DNA of 64,000 nucleotides from Pseudomonadota bacterium (GCA_028873515.1 JAGWIG010000008.1:5723-69722); one strand, 5' to 3'. Shown: positions 41,570-51,226, counted from the stretch's first letter. Notes: generated by a model from the letters alone, not told the origin. A program made the numbers and translations.

Positions 41570-42324
41570 GCCGGGATTCCTTCAGCCGTTTCCAGCCAGC
41601 CATAGCCCCTTTCTTCCAGGGTCAGTGCCAGTTCTGGTCCACCGGAACGGATTATGCGTCCGTTGGCAAGCACATGCACCCTGTCTGGATGAATGTAGTC
41701 AAGCAGTCGCTGGTAATGGGTAATGAGAATTATCGCCCGATCCGGATTTTTGAGGGCATTGACTCCTTCTGAAACGGTCTTCAGTGCATCGATATCCAGT
41801 CCGGAATCGGTTTCATCCAGCAAGGCAAGCTTAGGTTCTAGAAGAGCCATCTGAAGGATTTCGTTACGTTTTTTTTCTCCTCCCGAAAATCCTTCATTGA
41901 CTGGGCGATAGAGCAGGGCCTCATCCATGCCAACCAGGCGAAGCTTTTCCTTGGTCAGTTCAAGAAAATCCATGGCGTCAAGTTCAGGCAGGCCCTGGTG
42001 TTTACGCCTGGCGTTGATGGCCGCCTTGAGCAGGTAAATATTGGCCACACCAGGTATTTCGACTGGATACTGAAAAGCAAGAAAAATGCCTTCACGTGCG
42101 CGAAGTTCTGGAGCAAGTTCAAGCAGATTCTTGTTCTCAAAAAGGATTTCTCCCTCAGTGACCGTGTAGCCCTCACGCCCGGCAAGGACCTGGGCCAGGG
42201 TGCTTTTTCCGGAACCATTCGGCCCCATGATGGCATGGATTTCACCAGGTTTTACATGCAGATCGATGCCTTTGAGGATGGGCTTGTCGCCAATCGAGAC
42301 ATTCAGGTTCCTGATTTCGAGCAT
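41566..42324 (-). CDS. sufC: Fe-S cluster assembly ATPase SufC
   Basis: MLEIRNLNV...[32 protein letters not shown] and [15 protein letters not shown] at 42324 follows GGAGAAAG. The tracked start at 42420 is an extension into sufB. Confidence 0.95.
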   Translation of the reverse strand: MLEIRNLNVSIGDKPILKGIDLHVKPGEIHAIMGPNGSGKSTLAQVLAGREGYTVTEGEILFENKNLLELAPELRAREGIFLAFQYPVEIPGVANIYLLKAAINARRKHQGLPELDAMDFLELTKEKLRLVGMDEALLYRPVNEGFSGGEKKRNEILQMALLEPKLALLDETDSGLDIDALKTVSEGVNALKNPDRAIILITHYQRLLDYIHPDRVHVLANGRIIRSGGPELALTLEERGYGWLETAEGIPA

Positions 42325-42334
42325 ACTTTCTCCT

Positions 42335-43783
42335 TTAACCGATGCTGCCTTCAAGGCTGACACCCAGTAGTTTTTGCGCTTCGACAGCGAATTCCATTGG
42401 TAGTTTTTTGAAAACTTCACGGCAGAACCCGTTGACGATCATGGATACGGCGTCTTCAGCAGAAAGGCCTCGCTGCATGCAGTAAAACAGCTGGTCCTCA
42501 CCTATGCGTGAAGTAGTGGCCTCATGTTCGACTTTCGCAGTCGGATTTTTGACTTCAATGTATGGAAAAGTATGGGCGGCACAGCGGTTTCCTAACAGCA
42601 GCGAATCACACTGGGAATAGTTGCGCGCATTTTCCGCCCCCTTGAGCACTTTTACGAGTCCTCGATAGGCGTTCTGCCCCCGCCCTGCTGAAATGCCTTT
42701 CGAGACGATGGTGCTGCGCGTATTCCGTCCGATATGCAGCATTTTGGTGCCGGTATCCGCTTGCTGGCAGTTGTTGGTCAGGGCAACTGAATAGAATTCA
42801 CCGACAGAATCGTCCCCGCGCAAGATAACACTTGGGTACTTCCAGGTTATGGCTGAGCCGGTTTCAACCTGGGTCCAGGATATCCGTGAACGCGAACCGC
42901 GACAGTCTCCTCTTTTGGTTACAAAATTGAAAATGCCTCCTTTGCCATCTTTGTCTCCTGGATACCAGTTTTGCACGGTGGAATAACGAATCTGTGCATC
43001 TTCCAGTGCAATGAGTTCGACGACTGCCGCATGCAGCTGGTTTTCGTCCCGCATGGGTGCTGTGCATCCTTCCAGATAACTGACACTGGCGCCCTTGTCG
43101 GCAATGATGAGCGTTCGTTCAAACTGGCCGCTGTTTTTCGCATTGATGCGAAAATAGGTAGACAGTTCCATGGGACATTTGACACCTGGAGGGATATAAC
43201 AGAATGTCCCGTCACTGAACACGGCTGAATTGAGGGCAGCGTAGAAATTATCCATATAGGATACGACCGATCCCATGTATTGTTTGACCAGTTCTGGATG
43301 AAGCCGGGCGGCTTCTGAAAAAGAGCAGAACACAATGCCTTCACGGGCAAGGCGATCCTTGAAAGTGGTTGCAACAGACACGCTGTCAAATACCGCATCT
43401 ACAGCGACGCCGGCAAGCAGCTCCTGTTCCTTGAGTGGGATGCCAAGCTTGTCATAGGTTCGAAGAAGTTCCGGATCGATTTCTTCCAGGCTTTTTGGAG
43501 CATTGTCCCTCAATTTGGGTGCAGAATAGTAAATGATGTCCTGAAAATTGATGGGAGGGTAATGGACGCTTGACCAGTTGGGTGACTTCAGGGTCAACCA
43601 GTGACGATAGGCCTTGAGCCGCCATTCGAGCAGGAATCCAGGCTCCTGTTTTCGCTCTGAGATGAAACGGATGGTCTCTTCACTCAGGCCTTTTGGTGCC
43701 ATGTCAGAATCGATATCCGATTCAAATCCGTATTCATAATCGCGGTTGATTAGGGTATCAAGTTCATGAGCAGCCGTGTTCAT
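42335..43783 (-). CDS. sufB: Fe-S cluster assembly scaffold SufB
   Basis: 482 aa with [27 protein letters not shown] and [26 protein letters not shown]. Confidence 0.96.
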   Translation of the reverse strand: MNTAAHELDTLINRDYEYGFESDIDSDMAPKGLSEETIRFISERKQEPGFLLEWRLKAYRHWLTLKSPNWSSVHYPPINFQDIIYYSAPKLRDNAPKSLEEIDPELLRTYDKLGIPLKEQELLAGVAVDAVFDSVSVATTFKDRLAREGIVFCSFSEAARLHPELVKQYMGSVVSYMDNFYAALNSAVFSDGTFCYIPPGVKCPMELSTYFRINAKNSGQFERTLIIADKGASVSYLEGCTAPMRDENQLHAAVVELIALEDAQIRYSTVQNWYPGDKDGKGGIFNFVTKRGDCRGSRSRISWTQVETGSAITWKYPSVILRGDDSVGEFYSVALTNNCQQADTGTKMLHIGRNTRSTIVSKGISAGRGQNAYRGLVKVLKGAENARNYSQCDSLLLGNRCAAHTFPYIEVKNPTAKVEHEATTSRIGEDQLFYCMQRGLSAEDAVSMIVNGFCREVFKKLPMEFAVEAQKLLGVSLEGSIG

Positions 43784-44261
43784 GGTTTTCCTCTAGCTTT
43801 TGGGCGTCAATTTTTGGTAGCGGCACTTTCTGGATTTGGGTTGCAGTACTTTGAACTGTCTCAGCAACCAGATCGCCTAGTGTCAGGTTTTCCAGAGCGA
43901 TTCTGACTGACTGGTTGATTCGCATCCAGTTGGCGCGCACCCGGCAGTGGTTTTCCTGCATGCATAAACCTGCAATGCTTGTGCATTCGGTTAAACCAAA
44001 AGGCTGTTCTTCTATGGCATCGATAATCTGGGCTATCGAGATGGTGGAGGGAAGGCGGCTCAGGCTGTAACCCCCGTGGCTTCCCCGGGTAGCGGTGACA
44101 ATGTCGGCACGGGCCAGGGTTTTGAGTACCTTTCCCACGGTAGGCAAGGCAACGTTGATTCGTCGCGCAATGTCAGTTGCACTGTATATTTCAAGAGGAT
44201 CCCTGGCCATGAGGGCCAGTACGATGGTACCATAGTCCGTCAGCTTGCTGATGCGTAGCAT
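43764..44261 (-). CDS. iscR: Rrf2-family transcriptional regulator (IscR/SufR-like) heading the suf operon
   Basis: [19 protein letters not shown]...[12 protein letters not shown] forms the wHTH. Three clustered Cys ([15 protein letters not shown]) could ligate an Fe-S cluster. Confidence 0.88.
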   Translation of the reverse strand: MLRISKLTDYGTIVLALMARDPLEIYSATDIARRINVALPTVGKVLKTLARADIVTATRGSHGGYSLSRLPSTISIAQIIDAIEEQPFGLTECTSIAGLCMQENHCRVRANWMRINQSVRIALENLTLGDLVAETVQSTATQIQKVPLPKIDAQKLEENHEHGCS

Positions 44262-44289
44262 AAGGGTGCGCCGTTAGCAGTTCAGTAAT

Positions 44290-44314
44290 ATATAGGACAA
44301 TTATAGTCCTATAT
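44290..44314 (-). promoter_or_regulatory. Candidate IscR type-1-like operator upstream of the Rrf2-suf operon
   Basis: ATATAGGAC-AATTATA-GTCCTATAT is a perfect 9-bp inverted repeat. The GAC-N6-AGTC core matches the IscR type-1 consensus ATASYYGACTRwwwYAGTCRRSTAT. It lies 29-53 nt upstream of the regulator ATG. Confidence 0.6.
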
Positions 44315-44415
44315 GGCTTTCAAGAAAAGCCCTTGCAGCTGAGGATCTGTGGGTTGGGTTATTGGGGCCCGGAAATACGGCCTGTCATGAAGCCAGGCAG
44401 TTGCGTGAAGCGCGA

Positions 44416-45996
44416 TCAGACAATTTCACTGAATTCCCCGCCTTTTTCTATCCTGTCAGCATCATTGTAGTCTGAATCCTGTGTTTGATCCTTGCCAGGT
44501 TTGAGTCTCAGTTTCCTGACAAGGTAGGTGAGGAAGACGACGGTAATGATATTGATGATGAGGGAATACAGGGCAGCGTATACGGGGAAGGTCAAAGACC
44601 CCACATGCAGCGGGTAGATGGAAGACTTAAAATGCAGTGATGCCGCCATGCCTGTGCCAGTAAATAGGCCAATGGCCCAGCCAGCAAGCAGGGCCCGATA
44701 ATCCAGCCAGTGGGAATAAAGACCAAAAATGATGGCCGGGAGGGTCTGGATAATCCAGATTCCACCTAACAGCTGGAGCTGTATTGCATATTGCTGGGGA
44801 AGAAAAATGATGAACGCAAGGGCACCTAGCTTGACAAGAAGCGAAATGTTCTTGGCCATGCGGGTCTCGTGTTTCCCGTTGCACCCTGGATTGATGAATG
44901 GCCGGTGAATATTGCGGGTATATAGATTGGCTGCAGCGATGGACATGATGGCGGCAGGCACCAGGGCTCCGATCGCAATGGCCGCGAATGCAAAACCTGT
45001 GAACCATGGCGGAAGCAGGTGCAGAAAAAGGGCTGGAACCGCAAAGTTGCTGCCATATTGCTTAAAATAAATCCCGTATTCGGGGAGTTTGCTTACCCCT
45101 GCGGCGACAGCCATGTATCCAAGCAGGGCGATAAGTCCAAGCAAAAGGGAATAAGCAGGCAGCAGGGCAGTATTACGCCGGATGGTATTGCCGCTGTTGG
45201 CACTTAGTACTGCAGTAATGGAATGCGGGTATAGAAATAGCGCCAGGGCGGAGCCCAGGGCCAGGGTTGAGTATGCACTGAATCCATTGAGACTGCCGCC
45301 AGAAGGCCCTTTAAGCAGGAGTTTGTCTATGGGGATGGCAGAAAAAATATGGGCATAGCCACCAAGCCGGGCCGGAATGTAGAAAATAGCAGTCAGGATG
45401 GTAATGTAGATGAGAAGATCCTTGACGATGGCTATCATGGCGGGTGCGCGAAGACCGCTGCTATAGGTGTAGGCGGCCAGAATCCCGAAAGCAATGATAA
45501 GGGGGAGATCACCTGTGAGGCCAGTCGTGTTGAACCCCAGTGCCCCGATGACGACCTGGATGCCTACCAGTTGCAGGGCAATATAGGGCATGGTGGCAAC
45601 AATGCCGGTGACAGCAATGGCGAGCGCCAGATATTTGCTGCCGTAGCGGGCATGGACGAAATCTGCGGAAGTCACAAAGCCATGTTTGTGTGATACGGCC
45701 CACAGTCTTGGGAAGACCATGAAAACGAAAGGGTAGATTATGATGGTGTAGGGCAGGGCAAAAAACCCGATTGCACCTTTGCCGAACATGAGTGCCGGTA
45801 CAGCGATAAACGTATAGGCAGTGTAGAGATCACCGCCAAGCAGGAACCAGGTGACGACAGTGCCGAACCGTCTCCCTCCGAGCCCCCATTCATCAAGCAG
45901 GTTAAGGTTGCCCCTACGCCAGTGCGAAGCCCGAAAGCCCAGAAAAGTTATCAGGAGAAAAAAGAAGGAGAAAACGGCCAGAGCAGTCCAGTTCAT
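44416..45996 (-). CDS. Sodium:solute symporter (SSF) family transporter
   Basis: 526 aa with ~13 TM segments. The N-terminus FLGFRASHWRRG...LDEWGLGGRRFG is typical of SSS members that pair with a DUF3311 subunit. Confidence 0.85.
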   Translation of the reverse strand: MNWTALAVFSFFFLLITFLGFRASHWRRGNLNLLDEWGLGGRRFGTVVTWFLLGGDLYTAYTFIAVPALMFGKGAIGFFALPYTIIIYPFVFMVFPRLWAVSHKHGFVTSADFVHARYGSKYLALAIAVTGIVATMPYIALQLVGIQVVIGALGFNTTGLTGDLPLIIAFGILAAYTYSSGLRAPAMIAIVKDLLIYITILTAIFYIPARLGGYAHIFSAIPIDKLLLKGPSGGSLNGFSAYSTLALGSALALFLYPHSITAVLSANSGNTIRRNTALLPAYSLLLGLIALLGYMAVAAGVSKLPEYGIYFKQYGSNFAVPALFLHLLPPWFTGFAFAAIAIGALVPAAIMSIAAANLYTRNIHRPFINPGCNGKHETRMAKNISLLVKLGALAFIIFLPQQYAIQLQLLGGIWIIQTLPAIIFGLYSHWLDYRALLAGWAIGLFTGTGMAASLHFKSSIYPLHVGSLTFPVYAALYSLIINIITVVFLTYLVRKLRLKPGKDQTQDSDYNDADRIEKGGEFSEIV

Positions 45997-46006
45997 GGTT
46001 TTTTAT

Positions 46007-46201
46007 TTATCGGTGACGGGTTTTAAAGTAGACCAGTGCGGTAATGAATGCGCTAAGGAGGACCCAAAGAAGCTGATACCAGTAAAAAAAGGGGAACCCT
46101 CCCCATTGTGGTTCTACCCTGTTGTAAAACGGAACCCATAGACTGATGAGGGGTAATAACAGGAGCCAGTGCCAATGCCGGTTCTTTTTTTTAGGTGTCA
46201 T
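46007..46201 (-). CDS. DUF3311 small membrane subunit of the SSS transporter
   Basis: 64 aa with two TM segments. FYNRVEPQWGGFPFFYWYQLLWV is the DUF3311 pattern. It ends 10 nt upstream of the symporter gene. Confidence 0.8.
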   Translation of the reverse strand: MTPKKKNRHWHWLLLLPLISLWVPFYNRVEPQWGGFPFFYWYQLLWVLLSAFITALVYFKTRHR

Positions 46202-46365
46202 TTTTTATTAATGATTACTTATAGAGTGGAGTCGCCCTATCGACTTTTTATCTGGTATCCTGATAAGAGTCAATGGGTTTGTCATGGTTTGTGTTGTTAA
46301 TTTTCTTCGGAATTGGCAGAGCTTCGTTCCGAAGGAGATGATTCTTGTATAAGAGAGGTGTTTGC

Positions 46366-47952
46366 CTAGTGCTGGGAATAGGTTGCCAAATGTTCAATAT
46401 TGGAGAAAGAATAGCCAATTCCAATATCAATGAGCGGGCTTTGTAGTGTGCCCCTAATTGATTTGACCTCTCCAATGGAGCAGTTGAAACTGAGATTATG
46501 GCCCATGTTGGCATAGGCTCCTGCCATGGCCTGGATGATAGCGCCTCCTCCGACAGCAACACCACCCCCCCCACTGGCCCCGACGAGTAACTCCGTATCC
46601 ATGCCAACGGAACCGATGAGGGGAGCTGTTTCAAAACCTGCTCCTACCAGTCCTACCGCATAGCCTCCTGCTCCCCCGCTGTTGGCCCCCATGGCCTGAC
46701 CTGTCAGATAAAATCCATTTTGAATGAACCGGTCGATCTTGATCGCGATCATCCCGATGCGATTGGCGCCACTATAACCTGCCTTATGCTGGGTATGAAG
46801 GTATTCTTCGGTGGATGCACGGATACGGTAACCTGATAGTTTTAGCCGATCATCAGCATGAGCAGGTTGGTATCCCCCGCTATATTGGGCCATATCCGTT
46901 TCATACCCTAAGTCGACACTGAAGGTTCGTGCAGAAAAATTACCCCCTATAGGATGCAGTTCGCCGATGTCCAGCCCGGCAATATAATGATGTCCCAACG
47001 GGTAGTCTGCATTTAGTCCCCATTTGAGGATACTGCCTCCCCCGGTATCAATATGGCCGCCGCCTCCCCCTCCAAGAGTCATGTGGGCATTGAATTGGAC
47101 AGGCCAGCTATCGGGACTTATCCTATAGCCCAATCCCATAAGAAGTTCTGCATAGCCGTCTGCATTTCCTCCGGCGGCCCCTGAAGCTTCAAGAATAAAA
47201 AAAGCTCTTGGGGTAAGATCCTTTTGCAATTCGAAGCCGGCCAGGCTGATGCTGTGACTTAAAGGCACGGCTCCCGGGGAGACGCCTGATCGTGTTGGAT
47301 GGTAATGGCTGATAGTAAACAGAGTGGTTTCACCTGCATAAGCAATATGATGTCTAAGTGATCGTGGCAGGTTATTGGGTGAGCCTATCATGAGATCACG
47401 ATAGCTACCATTAGCCATGATGGTTTTGAAGGGAATATCAACACCCAGGCTGACTTCTTTGGAATTAATCCGTCCGTTTGGAAAATGGATCTCATCGTAA
47501 TTGAGGCTCAGGTCAAGTGGTTTGAAGTGATAGATTAATCCGGCATGCGGTCTGAGCATCAGACCGCCCCCTTGCTGGCCACCACTGCCGCCGCCGCCGC
47601 CAATGAATATCCCGGTATCGAACATCAATCGGGTCATCAGGGGATATTGGAACCCTCCTTCAAGACCAACGGTGAAAAACCCTCCGCGTATACCGCGTTG
47701 TGCGCTGTAGGCTGCTCCTCCCAGATAAAATCGCGGGGTGACATGGACCAGGTAATTTAGCCCAACAAAGCCCATGTTGGGGTCATGATCTGGCATGTGG
47801 ACATTTTCATAGGTAATTCGGTAGAACCCTTTTGTAAGAAAAACGATCCCATGGGTTGGGCCAGGGTAGGGGGCGACTCCAGATGCACTGGCCAGTTCAG
47901 GCAGGTTGAGCAGGCAAAGAGCCAGAATGAAGGTACAAAGACGCAGGTGCAT
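46366..47952 (-). CDS. Secreted glycine-rich protein of three tandem ~165-175-aa modules (putative outer-membrane beta-barrel; unknown family)
   Basis: It has a signal-like N-terminus from Met10 of the tracked ORF (MHLRLCTFILALCLLNLPELASASG). Three ordered copies of the same strand/poly-Gly/strand anchor set are present (see findings). There is no haem or lipobox motif. Confidence 0.7.
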   Translation of the reverse strand: MHLRLCTFILALCLLNLPELASASGVAPYPGPTHGIVFLTKGFYRITYENVHMPDHDPNMGFVGLNYLVHVTPRFYLGGAAYSAQRGIRGGFFTVGLEGGFQYPLMTRLMFDTGIFIGGGGGSGGQQGGGLMLRPHAGLIYHFKPLDLSLNYDEIHFPNGRINSKEVSLGVDIPFKTIMANGSYRDLMIGSPNNLPRSLRHHIAYAGETTLFTISHYHPTRSGVSPGAVPLSHSISLAGFELQKDLTPRAFFILEASGAAGGNADGYAELLMGLGYRISPDSWPVQFNAHMTLGGGGGGHIDTGGGSILKWGLNADYPLGHHYIAGLDIGELHPIGGNFSARTFSVDLGYETDMAQYSGGYQPAHADDRLKLSGYRIRASTEEYLHTQHKAGYSGANRIGMIAIKIDRFIQNGFYLTGQAMGANSGGAGGYAVGLVGAGFETAPLIGSVGMDTELLVGASGGGGVAVGGGAIIQAMAGAYANMGHNLSFNCSIGEVKSIRGTLQSPLIDIGIGYSFSNIEHLATYSQH

Positions 47953-48164
47953 AATATTGTTGTTATGGTAAGTGATCACGACACAAGTACTTATTATCCC
48001 AAGAATCCCTGGTTTGGCCTAGAACTTTATCCAGGCAGATAGTTTTTCTGTGAGATGTTACTATAGGTTAATTCTTCTTCCATATGCAGTTTTTTTAATT
48101 TGCCTATATTGTATTTTGAAAAATTTGGTTAACATGCGCTTGAAGGGGATTTAGGGGGAAAGAG

Positions 48165-48857
48165 TTGGCCGATAACAAGGGAAGTCCTGATTTTTCAGCT
48201 GTACTCGCGTCTTCAGTGCATGATATGAAAAACTCGATTGCCCTGCTCATGCAATCCATGGAAGAACTATTGAAAGAAATAGGCCAGCCCGAATTGCCAG
48301 CCTGTCGCAAGATGACACAGATGCTCTATGAGACCCGGCGGGTAAGCGGAAACCTCATGCAGCTTCTGACGTTATACAAGATGGGACGGCGTCTGTATCC
48401 GGTAGAAATCGTGCCTTGTTGCATTTATGATCTCTTTTCTGAAACGGCCATGCAGGTTGAGGCCCAGGCCATGCTGAAGGATGTCGAGCTTCATGTGGAC
48501 TGTTCACCTGACCTGACCTGGTTTGTCGAGAAGGATCTGATTGGCAGTGCCGTGAACAATGCGCTTAATAACGCCTTCCGCTATGCCGGACAAAAAATCA
48601 TGCTTCGGGCAGTGAAGGATGAGGGTGTCCTGGTTATTTCCATCGAGGATGATGGACCCGGATATCCCGAAACCCTGGTTGGCGAAGTTAAAGAAGTGGC
48701 AAGTGGTGTGAATTTTCATACCGGAAGTACTGGTCTGGGTTTACGTTTTGCAGCCATGGTGGCTAACGTGCATCAGAACAAGGGGCGTTGCGGAACAGTC
48801 AGGCTAGAAAATGGCGGTGCTTTTGGTGGAGGCTGTTTCCGCATCATTCTTCCATAA
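48165..48857 (+). CDS. Soluble sensor-less histidine kinase core (DHp + HATPase_c)
   Basis: 230 aa with H-box (SSVHDMKNSIALL), N-box (AVNNALNNAFRYAG), G1 (EDDGPGYP) and G2 (GSTGLGLRF). It has no TM segment or input domain. TTG start. Confidence 0.82.
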   Translation: MADNKGSPDFSAVLASSVHDMKNSIALLMQSMEELLKEIGQPELPACRKMTQMLYETRRVSGNLMQLLTLYKMGRRLYPVEIVPCCIYDLFSETAMQVEAQAMLKDVELHVDCSPDLTWFVEKDLIGSAVNNALNNAFRYAGQKIMLRAVKDEGVLVISIEDDGPGYPETLVGEVKEVASGVNFHTGSTGLGLRFAAMVANVHQNKGRCGTVRLENGGAFGGGCFRIILP

Positions 48858-48878
48858 CAATCAGGGATAAATCCATAG

Positions 48879-50519
48879 ATGGCTGGTGTATTCTTTAATT
48901 CCAGTGCGGTTGGCGATCATGTCGATTTCCGCGATAAAAAAGTGATCATCATTGATGATTTTCAGGGCATACGCACAATGTTGCGGGAAATGCTCAAAGC
49001 ATTTGGTGTGCTTGACATTGATACAGCGAGTGATGGTATCCAGGCGCTTAACCTGCTAGGCCGCAAGCGTTATGACATCGTCCTTTGTGACTATAATCTG
49101 GGAGATGGGAAGAGTGGCCAGAATATCCTCGAGGAAGCTAAAATCAAGGGATATATTCCAACCGATGCAGCCTGGATCATGATTACTGCTGAAAAGACCA
49201 TGGACATGGTCATGGGTGCGGCTGAATACCAGCCTGATGATTACATCATTAAACCCATCAATGAAGGGGCCTTGCGTACCCGCCTTGAAAAAATCATTCT
49301 GCGCAAGGCCGTTTTCAGGGAAATTGATAAAGCTATCCGTAACAAGGAGTACGAGCAGGCCATTGCCCTGTGTGAAAGCAAGGCGAAAGATGATGAGGTT
49401 AATGCCTATGATCTTTTGCGTCTGAAATCCCAGTTGTGCCTGCAGGTTGGAAAACTTGATGAAGCCCGGGATATTTTTACACGGGCACTGGAGGAGCGCA
49501 GCCTTCCCTGGGCCAAGGCTGGTCTCGGCCGTATCCATTTCATGAACAAGGAGTACCTCGAGGCCCGGCATTTTTTTGAGGAAGTGATTGAAGAGTCCCG
49601 AACCTATCTTGAGGCATATGATCTGCTTGCGCAGACCCATGAAATCCTGGGTGATCTGGATCGCGCCCAGGAAATACTGGTAAGGGCTTCAGAGATGTCC
49701 CCCAATGTTCTTCAAAGGCAGAAGGGGATTGGGGAAATTGCCCTGAAACGCAAGGACGTATCGGTAGCGCGTGAAGCGTTTCAGCAAACGATTGCCTTGG
49801 GAAAATACTCGGTTCTTAAGGCTTCCTCGGCATATATTGGACTGGCCAAGGCTCACGCTGAGGCGGGTCAGAGTGGTGAGGCGATGAAGGTCCTGGAAGA
49901 GGCTCGTGGGGAATTCAAGGGTAACGCAGAGGTTGAACTGCATGCGGCTGTTACCGCAGGGGATATCCTGAACCGGACAGGAGACAAGGAAAAGGCCCGT
50001 CAGTCCATTGAAGAGGCCATGAAGGTCATGGAGCGTCTGGGAGGGAAGGTTGCAACTCCTGTTGCACTTGATGCGGCAAGGGTTCTGCTCGATCTGGGCG
50101 ATAGGGATCGGGCCAGTACCGTATTTTCCCAGGTCATCAAGAACAATTCCGATAATGAGGATGTGATTGCCCAGGTCAAGGATATTTTCATTGAGGCAGA
50201 CATGCAGGAGGAAGGTCAGAAACTCATTGAGTCTTCGCGCAAGGAAGTGGTGGAAATCAATAACAAGGGGGTAATGCTTGCCAAGGATGGTAAGCTTGAG
50301 GATGCCCTGGAGCTGTTACGGCAGGCCGCATCAAAACTTCCTGACAATCCCCGGATCCTTCTTAATTACTGCCAGGTCATTGCCCTTTATATGCAAAAGC
50401 ATGGCAAGAGTTCCCGTTTGCTGCATGAGGGTCGGGAAATGGCTGAAAAGGTCATCAAGCTGGATCCCTCTGAAAAACGGGGGCCTATGCTTCTTGCCAC
50501 ATTGAGCCGGATGAAATAA
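48879..50519 (+). CDS. Response regulator: REC domain fused to a ~400-aa TPR-repeat output
   Basis: The REC residues are present: IIIDDF, the phospho-acceptor in VLCDYNLGDG, MITAE and IIKP. The remainder is repeated A/L/Y-rich helical pairs typical of TPR. Confidence 0.85.
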   Translation: MAGVFFNSSAVGDHVDFRDKKVIIIDDFQGIRTMLREMLKAFGVLDIDTASDGIQALNLLGRKRYDIVLCDYNLGDGKSGQNILEEAKIKGYIPTDAAWIMITAEKTMDMVMGAAEYQPDDYIIKPINEGALRTRLEKIILRKAVFREIDKAIRNKEYEQAIALCESKAKDDEVNAYDLLRLKSQLCLQVGKLDEARDIFTRALEERSLPWAKAGLGRIHFMNKEYLEARHFFEEVIEESRTYLEAYDLLAQTHEILGDLDRAQEILVRASEMSPNVLQRQKGIGEIALKRKDVSVAREAFQQTIALGKYSVLKASSAYIGLAKAHAEAGQSGEAMKVLEEARGEFKGNAEVELHAAVTAGDILNRTGDKEKARQSIEEAMKVMERLGGKVATPVALDAARVLLDLGDRDRASTVFSQVIKNNSDNEDVIAQVKDIFIEADMQEEGQKLIESSRKEVVEINNKGVMLAKDGKLEDALELLRQAASKLPDNPRILLNYCQVIALYMQKHGKSSRLLHEGREMAEKVIKLDPSEKRGPMLLATLSRMK

Positions 50520-50545
50520 TCCCTGGGATTTTTTGGGGTGCCGGG

Positions 50546-51223
50546 TTACATGAGGCTTGCGACCATGTTGATGGTCAGGGCCAGAATGAAAGCATAGAAG
50601 AAAAATGAGAGCATGCCATGGATGAGGGCAAGCCGGCGCATGGTTGAAGAGGTGATCTGTACGTCCGAGACCTGCGCTGTCATGCCGATGACAAAAGAAA
50701 AATACAGGAAATCGAAAAAATTTGGCTCCTTGCCTCCAGGGAACCGAAGCCCTTTAGCCATGTCCTGGGCTTTAGTTTGTGTATCATCACCGTAATATCG
50801 ATGGGCATAATGGGTGGCGAACATGGTATGAACAAGCATCCATGAAAAGATGACAGCCATCAACCCCAGGATCACCCGGAAGATCTGGATGGATGTGGGA
50901 AGCCTATGGGCGCTGCCGAGCAATATGGCAATGGCTAGAAGGCTCATGCAGGCAGCCGTGACGACCAGGGTGCGGATGGCCATGAGACTGGCATCGTTTT
51001 CCTTGAAAATATGGTGCATGGCGTTTGAATGGTAGCGGCTCAGGACGTAAAGGGTGAGACCCAGAAATGTGAAGCAACCCAGATCCCAGGCTACGAAGAT
51101 CTGGATTGATATCGGGAGCGAGGTGGGTAAGATAAGGTAGGTAACCAGGGCGGCGGCCAGCCCAACCCCGAGACGCCGGTTGATGGTCAGAAGGGGGTGT
51201 TTGTATACCGCGTCGATAGCCAT
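50546..51223 (-). CDS. DUF1345 membrane protein
   Basis: 225 aa with ~6 TM segments. FFDFLYFSFVIGMTAQVSDVQI is the DUF1345 signature. Confidence 0.8.
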   Translation of the reverse strand: MAIDAVYKHPLLTINRRLGVGLAAALVTYLILPTSLPISIQIFVAWDLGCFTFLGLTLYVLSRYHSNAMHHIFKENDASLMAIRTLVVTAACMSLLAIAILLGSAHRLPTSIQIFRVILGLMAVIFSWMLVHTMFATHYAHRYYGDDTQTKAQDMAKGLRFPGGKEPNFFDFLYFSFVIGMTAQVSDVQITSSTMRRLALIHGMLSFFFYAFILALTINMVASLM

Positions 51224-51226
51224 GGA

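Noticed and set aside
46540-47600. GGN-rich runs of DNA that look repeat-like
   Set aside because: They are the poly-Gly coding segments of the triple-repeat protein. The repetition is at the protein-module level, and they are not a CRISPR or satellite array.
48168-48175. A second GCCGATAA (sigma28 -10 consensus), located at the start of the kinase gene
   Set aside because: The -35 position (ATTTAGGG) does not match. A promoter here would remove the kinase H-box from the product. I regard it as coincidental.
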